Part shown: positions 17,741-27,721 of the stretch, piece by piece
Numbering within the stretch: the stretch's first letter is position 1
Layout of the letters: each line of letters begins with the position of its first letter
DNA from: a virus
Taxonomy: Duplodnaviria; Caudoviricetes
DNA: 64,000 nucleotides
Reading direction: 5' to 3' (one strand)
IMG/VR virus record: IMGVR_UViG_2636415425_000001
Span: 47,083 to 111,082 of that record
Program-made: the position numbers and the translations under genes
Notes under the pieces: generated by a model
What the model saw: only the letters and a program-made list of their open reading frames with translations
Database searches by the model: none
What the model was told of the DNA's origin: nothing

Positions 17741-18169
17741 CTATCCGCGCGCGGGATAGGTCTCGACGTATTCGCGGATCGCCTGCGCGAAAGCCTTTCC
17801 GGCCTCGACGGTTGCCTGGTCGCTCAGGTCGAGATCCGTCATCGTTCCGCGAGCGCGGTCGATGCTTATCGTGCCGTTGACGCGCCGCGGGCATTGGCCA
17901 GCCTCGAGCGCCTGGTAATCCTCCGGACCAATCGATCGATCGTGACTGAAGGCGAACGCCCGCCACATTGGGCAGTCGCCCCAACCGCCGACACAGCCCG
18001 GGCATTGCGCGTCAGCGAAGGCTGCGACCCTTGCGTGGTCGGGACAAAATCCGACCTCGCTGTCGACTCCGCCGGTTCGATGCTCCCAACCAGGTGGGAG
18101 GACAATCTCAGTGCGATGGTTTTTGCCGCAAAAGCAGCAGTCGACTGAGATTTCAAGCTTCGTGGTCAA
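17741..18169 (-). CDS. Cys-rich hypothetical protein
   Basis: CCFC, FCPDH, CPGC; TTG start overlapping the dnaB stop. Confidence 0.6.
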   Translation of the reverse strand: MTTKLEISVDCCFCGKNHRTEIVLPPGWEHRTGGVDSEVGFCPDHARVAAFADAQCPGCVGGWGDCPMWRAFAFSHDRSIGPEDYQALEAGQCPRRVNGTISIDRARGTMTDLDLSDQATVEAGKAFAQAIREYVETYPARG

Positions 18170-19596
18170 AACGGGATCTCCTCTCTGTTTGCGTTGCCCC
18201 CGAACATCATCCGCGGGCCATTGAAGTCGACCTCTTTCCACTTACAGCCGGTGCCGCTACGGTTCTTGAACACGGCGAACGCCGCCTTGTCCTTCCATAT
18301 GTCGTATTCCCGAAGCCAGCGGTCGCGCTGCTCTCTTCCCTTCGGGTTGTCTTCTGATGCCGGCTCCGGCTCGTTGTCGCGGAGCCAGATCTTGGGAATG
18401 GTGACGCCAACGATGATGTCGCTGTTTTCAACGATGAGGCCGCCGCCGTAGATGTCGCCGCTGCCGAATTTCCAACTCGGCGCCCGCTGGCCTTCGCGGG
18501 TCAGTTGCGCAAGCTGCCAAACAACGCCGTCGAGTTCCTTCGCCAGATCCTTGGTGTAGGCGGACGCATACTCGACCGTCCGGACAACGTTCCAATGCTC
18601 CTGTTCCGGCTCGACCAGCTTCAGGTGATCAATGCAAAACTGCCTGACGCCGTAGCGGCGCTTCGCCTTGCGGAACTCGTCGCCGATCTGCTTGATCGTC
18701 ATCCGGCTGCGGTCCTGGACCCATACCTGGATCGACTCGAGCTGTTCCTTTGCCCGCCGGATGTCGAGGAATTCCTTTTGGTTGAAGTCGCCGCTGATCT
18801 GCTTCTTGACCGAGACGCCGGACAGCGACGCGATGTCGCGGTATGCGATCTGCTCCGCGGACATTTCGAGGCTCAGGGAGAAGCCCGGGAAGATGCTCGA
18901 CTCGTCGAGCGACGGTCCTGCATTGTCGCGCAGGATCTGAGCCATCAGCGCCGATTTGCCGTGGCCGGATGGCGCGGCCAGCGTGACGGTCGTCCCGCCG
19001 ACGATGGGCCCGAGGACTTCATCCAATTCCGGGATCTTGGTGAGCACGCCGACGGCGCGCTTGCCGCGGTGCTCATAGGCCTCGCCGGCCTTGGCCATAG
19101 CCGTTCCGGCGGCGTCAGCCAGGCTGACAGCATGCCGAACCCGGTCATGGTCGTCGACGACGCGCAGCAGGTCGTCGATGTCTTGCCGGGTTTGGTCGAA
19201 GGTCTTGTTCGGTGCCGTGGCGACCTTGCCGAGCTCGATGCGGGCGCGCTCCCGCCACGCCAGCACGATGTCGTCGACGAAATCGAGCGCGCTGCCGACG
19301 TCCGCGGCCTTCTCGATCAGGATCTGGAGAACGGCCTCCGTGTCGCCGACACCCTCGAATTCCGTCGGGAGCTTGGCCTCGAGCAGCGACAGCGTCGGGC
19401 CGGCGCCGTTCAGGCAGCAGTCCTCGACCGCCGCGAAGATCAGGCGATGGTGGGGAACCGTGAACTGGTCCGCCGACACATGGTCGGAGACGGCCCAGAA
19501 ATTCTCGGCCGCCCCTAAAATTTTTCCAATGATCGCCTCTTCGGCACGGACGTTTTGCGTCGGCCTATCAGGCGCGGCGGCTGGCCGCTTGTTCAT
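18166..19596 (-). CDS. dnaB: DnaB-like replicative helicase
   Basis: AEEAIIG N-terminus, LAAPSGHGKS, SLEMS, IDHLKLV, LAQLTRE, KNRSG. Confidence 0.92.
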   Translation of the reverse strand: MNKRPAAAPDRPTQNVRAEEAIIGKILGAAENFWAVSDHVSADQFTVPHHRLIFAAVEDCCLNGAGPTLSLLEAKLPTEFEGVGDTEAVLQILIEKAADVGSALDFVDDIVLAWRERARIELGKVATAPNKTFDQTRQDIDDLLRVVDDHDRVRHAVSLADAAGTAMAKAGEAYEHRGKRAVGVLTKIPELDEVLGPIVGGTTVTLAAPSGHGKSALMAQILRDNAGPSLDESSIFPGFSLSLEMSAEQIAYRDIASLSGVSVKKQISGDFNQKEFLDIRRAKEQLESIQVWVQDRSRMTIKQIGDEFRKAKRRYGVRQFCIDHLKLVEPEQEHWNVVRTVEYASAYTKDLAKELDGVVWQLAQLTREGQRAPSWKFGSGDIYGGGLIVENSDIIVGVTIPKIWLRDNEPEPASEDNPKGREQRDRWLREYDIWKDKAAFAVFKNRSGTGCKWKEVDFNGPRMMFGGNANREEIPF

Positions 19597-20339
19597 GCCG
19601 GCACCTCGAACTTGAAATGATCTTGCGAAAGGCGACGCTGCATCGCGGCTACGATCTCGGGATCTGCCTCGATCAGAATGCTTGTGCGGCCGTGACGAGA
19701 CGCAACGATGCCAGTGGTGCCGCTGCCGGCGCAGCAATCCAGGACGATTCCGCCAGGCGGGCTCGAATAGAGAAGCAACGGCTCGACAATACCCATCGGC
19801 TTCTGGGTCGGATGGAACGCCTGTCCGTGCTCGGAGCGGACATATTGGACGCTCCTCATCAAGCGCGGTCCTCCCTCGAAGGTTTTGTAGTCCTGGTCAC
19901 CGATCTCGCCGAGGTGCGCCGGGCGACCGCGCCGCCGGATGCGGCGAGCAGACGCATCGTTTGTGAACTGCGGCATCTTGTAAACGTCAGCCCAGCGCGC
20001 GTCTGACCGGTAGAATTGAACAGCGGTTTCGTGAACACGGCGAAATCGATCATTCACAAACCCAGACCCGTTGTGCTTCTCCCAAACGACATCTTGCGCC
20101 ATGCACCAACCGTCAAACTCGTCGTGTTGCTCGAGGAACATCTTCAGCGTGCCAAATACCCACATGCTGCCAGTCTTTTTCAGGACTCTTCTGACACTCG
20201 CTGGCCACCCTCGAGGCCAACGGTCCCATCTCAATTTCGTCGCTCCATAGGGCGGATCGGTCAGGACCAGGTCCACCGACTCGTCCTCCAAATCCGACAG
20301 CACGTCACGGCAATCGCCGCAGATCACTTGGATGCTCAT
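19593..20339 (-). CDS. N6/N4 DNA methyltransferase (beta class)
   Basis: TDPPYG, HPTQKP, VLDCCAGSGTT. Confidence 0.92.
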   Translation of the reverse strand: MSIQVICGDCRDVLSDLEDESVDLVLTDPPYGATKLRWDRWPRGWPASVRRVLKKTGSMWVFGTLKMFLEQHDEFDGWCMAQDVVWEKHNGSGFVNDRFRRVHETAVQFYRSDARWADVYKMPQFTNDASARRIRRRGRPAHLGEIGDQDYKTFEGGPRLMRSVQYVRSEHGQAFHPTQKPMGIVEPLLLYSSPPGGIVLDCCAGSGTTGIVASRHGRTSILIEADPEIVAAMQRRLSQDHFKFEVPA

Positions 20340-20863
20340 GCCAGTGCCTCATCGAATAGCGGCAGCCCAAGCGGTAGCCGCTGCTTCGCCGGCATCGGCG
20401 GCGGCATGTCGATAGGCAGGATCTGGAAGGTGAGCAGTCCTGCCTTCGTCTGTCCGACGTATCGGAAGCCAGCCTTCACCCAGACCCATCCCCATGTTGG
20501 GTGGCTTCGGATCATCGTCGGCTTGACTTGCCGGTGATCGATGAACGTGACAAGGCCGAGCGCCGGCGGCTCACCGAGGGCTGCGCGCGTGGCCGACAAT
20601 GCCTGCGTGACGAGTTCGACCGACCCGCCGGCATCCTCGCTGCGGAACGCCGAGCAAATCCACGCGCCTGGCCAATCATGTTTCACGAATTCCGGGAGCG
20701 GCCAGGACGTGACCCAAAATGCTCGTGCGGTATCCTCAACCAGCACGCAACAGCGGCCCGGCGGCACGAACTGCTCGGCGCCGACGGTCTGGCGATTGTA
20801 GTGCCGATCGGCGATCGCGCGCGCGACTGGATCGGCCCTGTTGCTGGCGCACCACCGCATCAT
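20336..20863 (-). CDS. Phage hypothetical protein between two MTases
   Basis: ADRHYNRQ...VPPGRC...WICSAFRSE. Confidence 0.7.
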   Translation of the reverse strand: MMRWCASNRADPVARAIADRHYNRQTVGAEQFVPPGRCCVLVEDTARAFWVTSWPLPEFVKHDWPGAWICSAFRSEDAGGSVELVTQALSATRAALGEPPALGLVTFIDHRQVKPTMIRSHPTWGWVWVKAGFRYVGQTKAGLLTFQILPIDMPPPMPAKQRLPLGLPLFDEALA

Positions 20864-22179
20864 GCCGGCACCGCCTCGATCTCGACGGAGGTCAGCATCG
20901 GATGGCTCGCGCCGATCCGTTTGGCGGCCATCTCGGCATAGTCGGGATTGAGCTCTATCAGGATCGCATCGCGCTGCAGATGATCCGCGACCATGCCGGT
21001 GGTGCCAGCGCCGGCGAACGGGTCGAGAACAGTGCCGCCCTGGGGCACGCCGGCGAGGATGCACACTGCTGCCAGTTCCGGCGGCATTACGGCAAAATGG
21101 TTGAGCCAGTCCTCGTGCGAACCGCACTCGCAGAAGCGATGCGTCAGCTTGCGGCCGTCGCGCTCAACTTTTTCGGTCCGGAGGCGGCCGAGCTCAGCGC
21201 TGGGATAGAACCTGCGGCACTTCGTGCAGAACTCATCGTTGAACCCGCCGGGCGCCACCCACCAAACCGAGCGCAGCGCGGCGCCGTTCGCGCGCTGTTC
21301 AGCAACCGACATGCCGTCCCAGCGATCGTTGAAGCCGGCGTGGCGGCGGCCGTGCCCCCGTTGGCGATCGCGCTTCCGAGCGCCTGCATGGGGCGGCTGT
21401 CCCTCTGGAGCGTATCCTCCCCCGCTGATGACCAGGTCGCCATCATTTCCCAGCTTGTCACGCATAGCGCGGGCCAAGCGCGTCACCGACTCTGGGGCCG
21501 CCGGCAGCCGGACGTCGTCGTAGCCGTGGTAATAGGTCTCCGACTTCGTGAGATGGAACACGTATTCGTGCGCCGTGGTCGACCGGTCGCGGGTGCTCTC
21601 AGGCATTCCGTTCGGCTTGGCCCAGATGTTGTCCTTGCGCAGCCACCAGCCGTCGGCGCGCAACGCGAAGGCCAGCATCCACGGAATCCCGATCAGGTCT
21701 TTCTGCTTCAGCCCGCCGGGCGGCGGCTCCCACGCTCGCCCGATCGCGCCCTCACCCTGGGCCTTCGCCTGGATGCCGGCCGGCACGCGGCTGCCACGCT
21801 CGGTCTGCGCCGCGGTCCTCGAACTCGCACCGATCTCCCAGTTCTGCCGCACCACCATGGACGCTTCCTGCGATTGCAGGGTGCCGAGCAGCGTCGACGA
21901 GGCAGCCGCCGGATTGCCGCCGCGACCGGAACCGGCATAGCAGTCCCCGATGTTGATCCAGAGCGAGCCATCATCGCGCAGCACCCGCCGCACCTCGCGG
22001 AAGAGCTCGACCATTTCCGCGATATAGGCCTCGGGCGAACTCTCGAGTCCGATCTGGCCGGCCATCTTGTAATCGCGCAGCCGGAAATACGGCGGTGAGC
22101 AGACGCAGGCATTCACCGAGTTGGAAGGCAGCAGCCGCACCACGGCACGCGCATCACCATTGAGAATTCGAACCGTCAA
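20860..22179 (-). CDS. N4/N6 DNA methyltransferase (beta class)
   Basis: CSPPYF, WAKPNGMPES, HFAVMP, LDPFAGAGTT. Confidence 0.92.
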   Translation of the reverse strand: MTVRILNGDARAVVRLLPSNSVNACVCSPPYFRLRDYKMAGQIGLESSPEAYIAEMVELFREVRRVLRDDGSLWINIGDCYAGSGRGGNPAAASSTLLGTLQSQEASMVVRQNWEIGASSRTAAQTERGSRVPAGIQAKAQGEGAIGRAWEPPPGGLKQKDLIGIPWMLAFALRADGWWLRKDNIWAKPNGMPESTRDRSTTAHEYVFHLTKSETYYHGYDDVRLPAAPESVTRLARAMRDKLGNDGDLVISGGGYAPEGQPPHAGARKRDRQRGHGRRHAGFNDRWDGMSVAEQRANGAALRSVWWVAPGGFNDEFCTKCRRFYPSAELGRLRTEKVERDGRKLTHRFCECGSHEDWLNHFAVMPPELAAVCILAGVPQGGTVLDPFAGAGTTGMVADHLQRDAILIELNPDYAEMAAKRIGASHPMLTSVEIEAVPA

Positions 22180-23267
22180 GATAGCGCCTCCGCGCGCAGT
22201 CGCGCATTCCAGATGTCGAGATAGTCGGTCCGCATGCGTGGCTCCGGCTGGCTGTCGTGCAGCTTTCCGAGCGCCACCATGCGTTCATGAAGTTTGCGCA
22301 CCGCGGCGCGGCCGGCGGGTTCGGCCAGCACCAGATCCCCGTCCTGGCGCCGCCACGGCTTGTCGCCGTCCGGGAAAGACGTGATCCGTTCAACCTCTAT
22401 CGGCGGCTCGAGCCCGGCGACGCCGCTGGTGCTGAGGCCGGCCCAGACCGGGCGGCGATACTTGATCAGCGCGCGCGCGGCGAGACAGGTTTCGAGGCCC
22501 TCGCCCAGGCCGATGTGCGCGGCGACGCCGCCGATCCGCACGGCGCCGCCGGCAGCTGCCCCGGCACCGATCTTCGCCTTCTCGACTGGCGCCTTGGCGG
22601 CCTTCGCCGGGTCGAGATGGACTTTCCAAATGGCGGTCAAGTCGCCGAAGACGTCGTCAACGCGTGCGACCAGCGTCGGGAACGAAAGGCGGGTGTCGAG
22701 GTCATAGGCCACACTGCGGTGGAAGCGGAGACAGTCATCCCAACCGTCTGGTGGCACTGGGATGCCGCGGGCCAGCAGATACGCCTCGGCGTGTGTGCCG
22801 GCGATCGGAATCCCTTCCGCCCAGATCTCAGCGGCCGTGCGCTGGCGCGCCTGCACATGCTCGGCGGCCCGCCGCTCATCCGCCGCGCGCTTCTCGGCAG
22901 CGTCGGCCTCGCGATCTTCTCGCCGCTTCCGCTCTTCCGGTGTCTCTTCGCGGGCGCGATCGAGCCCGACGAACTCGCGGGCCCGGTCGAACACCTCGGC
23001 ATTGGCCCGGTGATTGCCCGTCAATCCGTAGGCGAACAGGTTGATCTCGTCGCCGCCGATGCTGGCCGAACTCCTGACCCAGGCGCCGCGGTCGTACTTG
23101 CCGATCTTGCCCAGATAGACGACGAATGAACCGAGATCCTTCGGCGACGCCGGCGCGCAATAGGCCAGTTTGCCCTTGGTCACATGACCGGGCCAGAAAT
23201 GCTTCAGCACCTGTTCGAGCATCTCGTTCAGGCGCTTCTTGATCTCGGCGGTGTCTTCTCGCGTCAC
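22176..23267 (-). CDS. Primase-like toprim-domain protein
   Basis: AEAYLLARGI, LGEGLET, FPDGD. Confidence 0.8.
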   Translation of the reverse strand: MTREDTAEIKKRLNEMLEQVLKHFWPGHVTKGKLAYCAPASPKDLGSFVVYLGKIGKYDRGAWVRSSASIGGDEINLFAYGLTGNHRANAEVFDRAREFVGLDRAREETPEERKRREDREADAAEKRAADERRAAEHVQARQRTAAEIWAEGIPIAGTHAEAYLLARGIPVPPDGWDDCLRFHRSVAYDLDTRLSFPTLVARVDDVFGDLTAIWKVHLDPAKAAKAPVEKAKIGAGAAAGGAVRIGGVAAHIGLGEGLETCLAARALIKYRRPVWAGLSTSGVAGLEPPIEVERITSFPDGDKPWRRQDGDLVLAEPAGRAAVRKLHERMVALGKLHDSQPEPRMRTDYLDIWNARLRAEALS

Positions 23268-23473
23268 GGCCGCCTCGCATTGAAATTCAGGACGGCCTTG
23301 GAACCGTGCGCTTGGCGCGCCAGCGTGTCGTACTCGATCGCGGCGCCGATTGCGGTGGCGCAACGCTCGGAATAGATCACGGTCTCGCCGACGCGAAGCC
23401 GCGCGAAGTATGGCTTGGCACGCCAGGCGTCGTTGCTCTTCCTGACTCCGCGGAAACCGTTCTTGTTCTTCAC
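23264..23473 (-). CDS. Stand-alone AP2-domain protein
   Basis: GFRGVRK...AAIEYDTLARQAHGSKAVLNF. Confidence 0.75.
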   Translation of the reverse strand: MKNKNGFRGVRKSNDAWRAKPYFARLRVGETVIYSERCATAIGAAIEYDTLARQAHGSKAVLNFNARRP

Positions 23474-24153
23474 GCGAACATATCCTGCTGTTCCGGCTGA
23501 ACGGTCCAAACGCCGTTACACTGTACGGCGTCGAGACGCCTCGCCATGCGCTCGGGGTCAAGATTGAAATCCTTGAAATTGCGAGCGACGTTCACAGAGT
23601 CGACGGAGGCGAAGGGCCAGCGGTCGCCGGAGAGCGACATGCCGCGCAGCATGTGGATCCACGGCAGGTGTTGGTGGCGCTTTGCCAACTCGTTGAAGGC
23701 TTGATCGGCCCGGCGACACCAGAGATCAGAACCAACCTGCCAATACTGGCTCGTTGAACCGAAGCAGATCCGCGGCCAAGCATCGGCGAGTTCCAACAAC
23801 CAGTCGATTGGAAGCGCCATGTGCCAGACCGGCGCACTCAGGGCACCGGGGTACGGCCAGTCCGCCAGTCCTGCGCGCTGCTCGTCGACGCTGCCATCAA
23901 TTACGTCCGGCGGAATTGCCCAGTGCGGCGGTGCCAATCGCGGCTCGAGGAAGCGAATGTAGCCTGCGCGATCGAACTGCTTCTTCTGGGTGAAGGCACT
24001 GAAGGCACCGTTGTCGAACATGACGGCCTGCCCGATCGTGAGGCAGGTGTCCGCGTCGCGCGCGTCGGAATACGGCACGCAGAAGCACTTGCCCGCCATC
24101 TTCAAGAGCTCAGCGCGCGGGGATAGCGGCGTGCCATGGTAGTGAATCGTCAC
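23470..24153 (-). CDS. Phage protein with TGT/DpdA-like motifs
   Basis: MFDNGAFS, PDVIDG, PVWH, IHMLRG, FASVDS. Confidence 0.55.
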   Translation of the reverse strand: MTIHYHGTPLSPRAELLKMAGKCFCVPYSDARDADTCLTIGQAVMFDNGAFSAFTQKKQFDRAGYIRFLEPRLAPPHWAIPPDVIDGSVDEQRAGLADWPYPGALSAPVWHMALPIDWLLELADAWPRICFGSTSQYWQVGSDLWCRRADQAFNELAKRHQHLPWIHMLRGMSLSGDRWPFASVDSVNVARNFKDFNLDPERMARRLDAVQCNGVWTVQPEQQDMFA

Positions 24154-24503
24154 GCCGGCTCCTTCCGTCGCCGGCGCGGCGCGTCCTCGGCGCCGAATGC
24201 CGCCTTGATCGTCACATCCGCTTGGATGCGCTCCCAAAGCGCATTGCAGGCAGCCGCTGCTCTATCCCACGCGTTTCCGAACTTTTGGAGCTTCGGCGAC
24301 CGAGCGATCGCGTTCTGCCGCCTCTCCCATCGGCGCTCAAACCACCGCGCGCGCTTGCGTAACTGCTTGTGGCGGTCGCGCATGGCTTGGTCGCCCATCC
24401 GCCAATGGCGGCCGCACATTATCTTCACGCCTTCGGCATCGCCGGCCTCGCGCTTGAAGGTCCGCCCGCAGCCCGGGATGCAGCACCTGATGCGTTCCGT
24501 CAT
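24150..24503 (-). CDS. Zn-binding hypothetical protein
   Basis: CCIPGC...MCGRHW. Confidence 0.7.
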   Translation of the reverse strand: MTERIRCCIPGCGRTFKREAGDAEGVKIMCGRHWRMGDQAMRDRHKQLRKRARWFERRWERRQNAIARSPKLQKFGNAWDRAAAACNALWERIQADVTIKAAFGAEDAPRRRRKEPA

Positions 24504-25309
24504 AGCAAGCTTTCCTGTTTCGGTTCGGGCGCGGCGACCGGCGACGGCGCCAGCGGGTCCGCCGGCTTCCAGTGATCGAAGTCCGCGGCGATCTCGTCAT
24601 AGGCCCGCGGGTGCTGCGCCTTGAAATTCGGGAAGCCAGGCGCGCCCCGGTAGACACCGTTGTCCAGCCTCAGCCACCCGGCGGCGGACGGCAGCCAGCG
24701 GCGGTGATCGATGTTGACGTGCTTGAAATCGGCGCGGACGAGGAAGCCGCGCTTCTCCAGAATGATTGCGATCTTGATGGCTGCAATCTTCCAGCTTGTC
24801 AGTTGGACCGGCGACGGCGCGCCGGCGTCGACATCAGGAACGTAATCCGGCAACGGGTGCCGCTTTGCCGGCGCCCACTCGTACCATTCCTTCTCGTTGA
24901 TGCCGTGCCGATCACCCGGCAGGCTCGGCTCGAACACCTTGCTGGGACGGTTTGCATAGGCCGACGTCGGCTTCATTTCCGCTTCGGACCGGACATAGAT
25001 GATGGTCAGACCGATGTAGCGGCAAATGCGGTCAAACCCGCCCTGAGAGTCGGCGGGCACCAGGACGGCCCGGCAGTCTGGTCCGGGATGATCGGCGTAG
25101 AAGGCCCCGTATTCCTCAAGCGCCTGGCTGATGACGTCGGTATTGAGCCGAAGCTTTGCCTCGACGCCGATCTGGAAGCCATCCGCATTGCGGACGAGCA
25201 GGATGTCCCACCCACACGTCTCCGGATAAGCGGTCCATCCCTCGGGCAATGAGGAGATGAACCGCTTGCACAACGCGACCTCGGTAGCGAATGGCTTCGT
25301 CTTTGCCAT
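24500..25309 (-). CDS. PD-(D/E)xK-like hypothetical protein
   Basis: WDILLV...IGVEAKL. Confidence 0.6.
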   Translation of the reverse strand: MAKTKPFATEVALCKRFISSLPEGWTAYPETCGWDILLVRNADGFQIGVEAKLRLNTDVISQALEEYGAFYADHPGPDCRAVLVPADSQGGFDRICRYIGLTIIYVRSEAEMKPTSAYANRPSKVFEPSLPGDRHGINEKEWYEWAPAKRHPLPDYVPDVDAGAPSPVQLTSWKIAAIKIAIILEKRGFLVRADFKHVNIDHRRWLPSAAGWLRLDNGVYRGAPGFPNFKAQHPRAYDEIAADFDHWKPADPLAPSPVAAPEPKQESLL

Positions 25310-25310
25310 G

Positions 25311-27494
25311 TCAGGCACTCGCAGCGCGCTTGACGATGGCCGGTTCCGGTTTTGCTTTGGCCGCGGCATCCGCCATGATCGCGGCGACCTCGGCCTTCAT
25401 CAGCGACACCGAGACTGCGTTGCCGATCTGCTTGATCTTCTGCGTCTTGGTGCCGGCGAATTCGTACTCGGCCTCGTCTTCGTTGAAGCCCATGGCCGCG
25501 GCGAGCTCGTGCGGCTCAAGCATCCGGAAGAGGATGTCGTACTGCGGCGTCGCCTCAACGAGGTTGACGTGGCCTGTGGCAGTGATCGCCGGGGTAGGTT
25601 CTGCGATATCGTGCACCCGCGGCGCCTGACCTTCCCGCTCGCCGAACTGCGCCGCGATGAATGCGAGCTCGCCGCGCGCGGCCGTCGTTACCGTCGGGAT
25701 CGGTTCGCCGAGATCGCGGACGCGGTCGCTGTGGTCGTGATGGGTGACCGGCATAACCATGGCGAACTCGCCGCCCTTCGCCGTGGTCAGCGTAGGGAGC
25801 GGATCGGCGACGTCGCGGGCCGCGTTGCCGCCCTGGGTGTGGGTGACCGGCACCACCATGCCGAACCGCCCCTTCGACGTGACGGTGTCCAACGGCTCCT
25901 CGGCGCTCTTGCAAGTCTCGCCAGATCCCGAGCCGTAATACGGCGAGATCAGTACGTGGCTTTGCTTCGCGACCTGGGTTGGTGTGGGCTCTTCGACTGA
26001 CCGCGGCGCCCCGCCGGCATGGCGAGACAGGACAAACGGCTCGACCAGGTATCCGCCGCCGTCGCAGTTCGCGGTCGGCGCCGGATCGCCTATCGAGTGC
26101 GCCCGGGTCTCGGCGAAGCCGTCGCCATGACGATTAAGGATGAACGGCTCAACCGCGCTACCGTTGATCTCGGCCATCATCTGATCGAACGAGATAACGG
26201 GAGAAACCAGCATCGGCCGCGCGCAGCCCGGGTCATCAGATCCGGCGCCGCCGGTGGTGATCGTCGGCAGCGGATCGTCCGCGGGCCGCGCCGCGCCGCT
26301 TCCGGTGCTGAGAACGAGCGGCTCAGCCAACCAGACTCCACCCTTGGTGTCCAAAGTCGGCGCCGGTTCGGACGAAACGCCCTTCGCCTTGTTGTTCTTC
26401 CGCCCATTGATGATGACCGGTTCGACAAAGAACTGGCCGCCGCCGGTCGTGGTGGTGATCCCGCCGACGGGCTCGTCGACACTCTTGGCGGTGTTGTTTG
26501 TCCGGTTCCCGCAGACGATGGGCTCCGCGAGCCCAATGCGAGCCTGCGTCATCACCGTCGGTGCCGGGTCGTCTACGGTCTGCGCGTCCCGCCTGAAGTT
26601 CTGCTTCAGCAGGATCGGCTCGGCCAGCGCCATGTGGAGACCGTTTGCAGCAACGGTCGGCAGCGGCCGGTCGAGGCTCTGCCCGTCCATGTGGTTGCGG
26701 AGAACGACGAGGAACGGCTCCGGCCAGTTGAACTTGACCGCGCCGGCATAGATCCGGGCCAACGTCTTCGGCGCCAAGGGCTTCGAGCGGTTGAAGATCG
26801 ACCGGCCCTTGAGCGACCAGTCGATGATCTCGCGTGCCGGCTTCCACGGCTTCATGCCCGGGAACAGCAACGTGTCGTCGGCTCGCTTGGCGTGGGTCAG
26901 CGGGGCCCAAGCAACGATCTTGCGGTCGTTGCGCGCCTTCAAGATGAAGCGCTGCCGAGTCGTGGCGTCGCCGTAGTTCGCGGCGTTGAGCTTCCGCCAT
27001 TCCGGTTCGAAGCCGAGCCGGCGGATCGTGTCGATCCAGAGGGCGAAATACTCGCCCTTGCGGCTCTTGATCGGCTTGCCGGTCCGCGGATCGACCGGGC
27101 CCCATCCCACGAATTCCCAGACGTTCTCGATGATCAACCGCTTGACGCGCAGTTCGGTCAGCCAGGTGATGATGTGCCAAGGGTCGGAGCGCTGCTGGTC
27201 CGAGGTCGGCTTGCCCCCGCGTGCGACGGAGTGATGGGTGCACGTCGGCGACGCCATCAACAGGTCGAGGTAGCCTTCCGGAACGATGATGTGCGGCCGG
27301 ACGGCGGCGATGTCTTCGCAGTAATGGCGGGCGAGCGGATGGTTCTTCTTGTGCGTCTCGATCGCGATGCCCCAATGATTGACGCAGACCAATTCCATCT
27401 CGAGCCCGAGCTCGGCGAGAGCCCGCGCGCAGCCGGTGGACGAGCCACCGGCGCCGCAGAGAAGGTCAGCAACGAGGATCTTGCGACGGCTCAA
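25311..27494 (-). CDS. C5 cytosine DNA methyltransferase with a repeated variable region
   Basis: DLLCGAGG, SPTCTHHS, IENV, TTRQRF, QIGNAV. Confidence 0.93.
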   Translation of the reverse strand: MSRRKILVADLLCGAGGSSTGCARALAELGLEMELVCVNHWGIAIETHKKNHPLARHYCEDIAAVRPHIIVPEGYLDLLMASPTCTHHSVARGGKPTSDQQRSDPWHIITWLTELRVKRLIIENVWEFVGWGPVDPRTGKPIKSRKGEYFALWIDTIRRLGFEPEWRKLNAANYGDATTRQRFILKARNDRKIVAWAPLTHAKRADDTLLFPGMKPWKPAREIIDWSLKGRSIFNRSKPLAPKTLARIYAGAVKFNWPEPFLVVLRNHMDGQSLDRPLPTVAANGLHMALAEPILLKQNFRRDAQTVDDPAPTVMTQARIGLAEPIVCGNRTNNTAKSVDEPVGGITTTTGGGQFFVEPVIINGRKNNKAKGVSSEPAPTLDTKGGVWLAEPLVLSTGSGAARPADDPLPTITTGGAGSDDPGCARPMLVSPVISFDQMMAEINGSAVEPFILNRHGDGFAETRAHSIGDPAPTANCDGGGYLVEPFVLSRHAGGAPRSVEEPTPTQVAKQSHVLISPYYGSGSGETCKSAEEPLDTVTSKGRFGMVVPVTHTQGGNAARDVADPLPTLTTAKGGEFAMVMPVTHHDHSDRVRDLGEPIPTVTTAARGELAFIAAQFGEREGQAPRVHDIAEPTPAITATGHVNLVEATPQYDILFRMLEPHELAAAMGFNEDEAEYEFAGTKTQKIKQIGNAVSVSLMKAEVAAIMADAAAKAKPEPAIVKRAASA

Positions 27495-27718
27495 CTCAGC
27501 GCCTCCAAGATATCCCGGACCAGCGTCGGCACCGCGACCGCCACCGAATTGGGCGGCGCGCCGGGCACGTAAGGACCGCCCTTGTCTCCGACCTGTCGGA
27601 CGGAGATCAGTCCGATATGCTGAACACCCTCGATATTGAGCGCCGGCACGCCGTGGCTTTTAAAGATGCGCAAGAGCTCGGCTTCCAGCTTGCGCTCATC
27701 GTGCTTGATGACGGTCAT
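27491..27718 (-). CDS. Hypothetical protein
   Basis: Tight packing. Confidence 0.6.
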   Translation of the reverse strand: MTVIKHDERKLEAELLRIFKSHGVPALNIEGVQHIGLISVRQVGDKGGPYVPGAPPNSVAVAVPTLVRDILEALS

Positions 27719-27721
27719 CGG

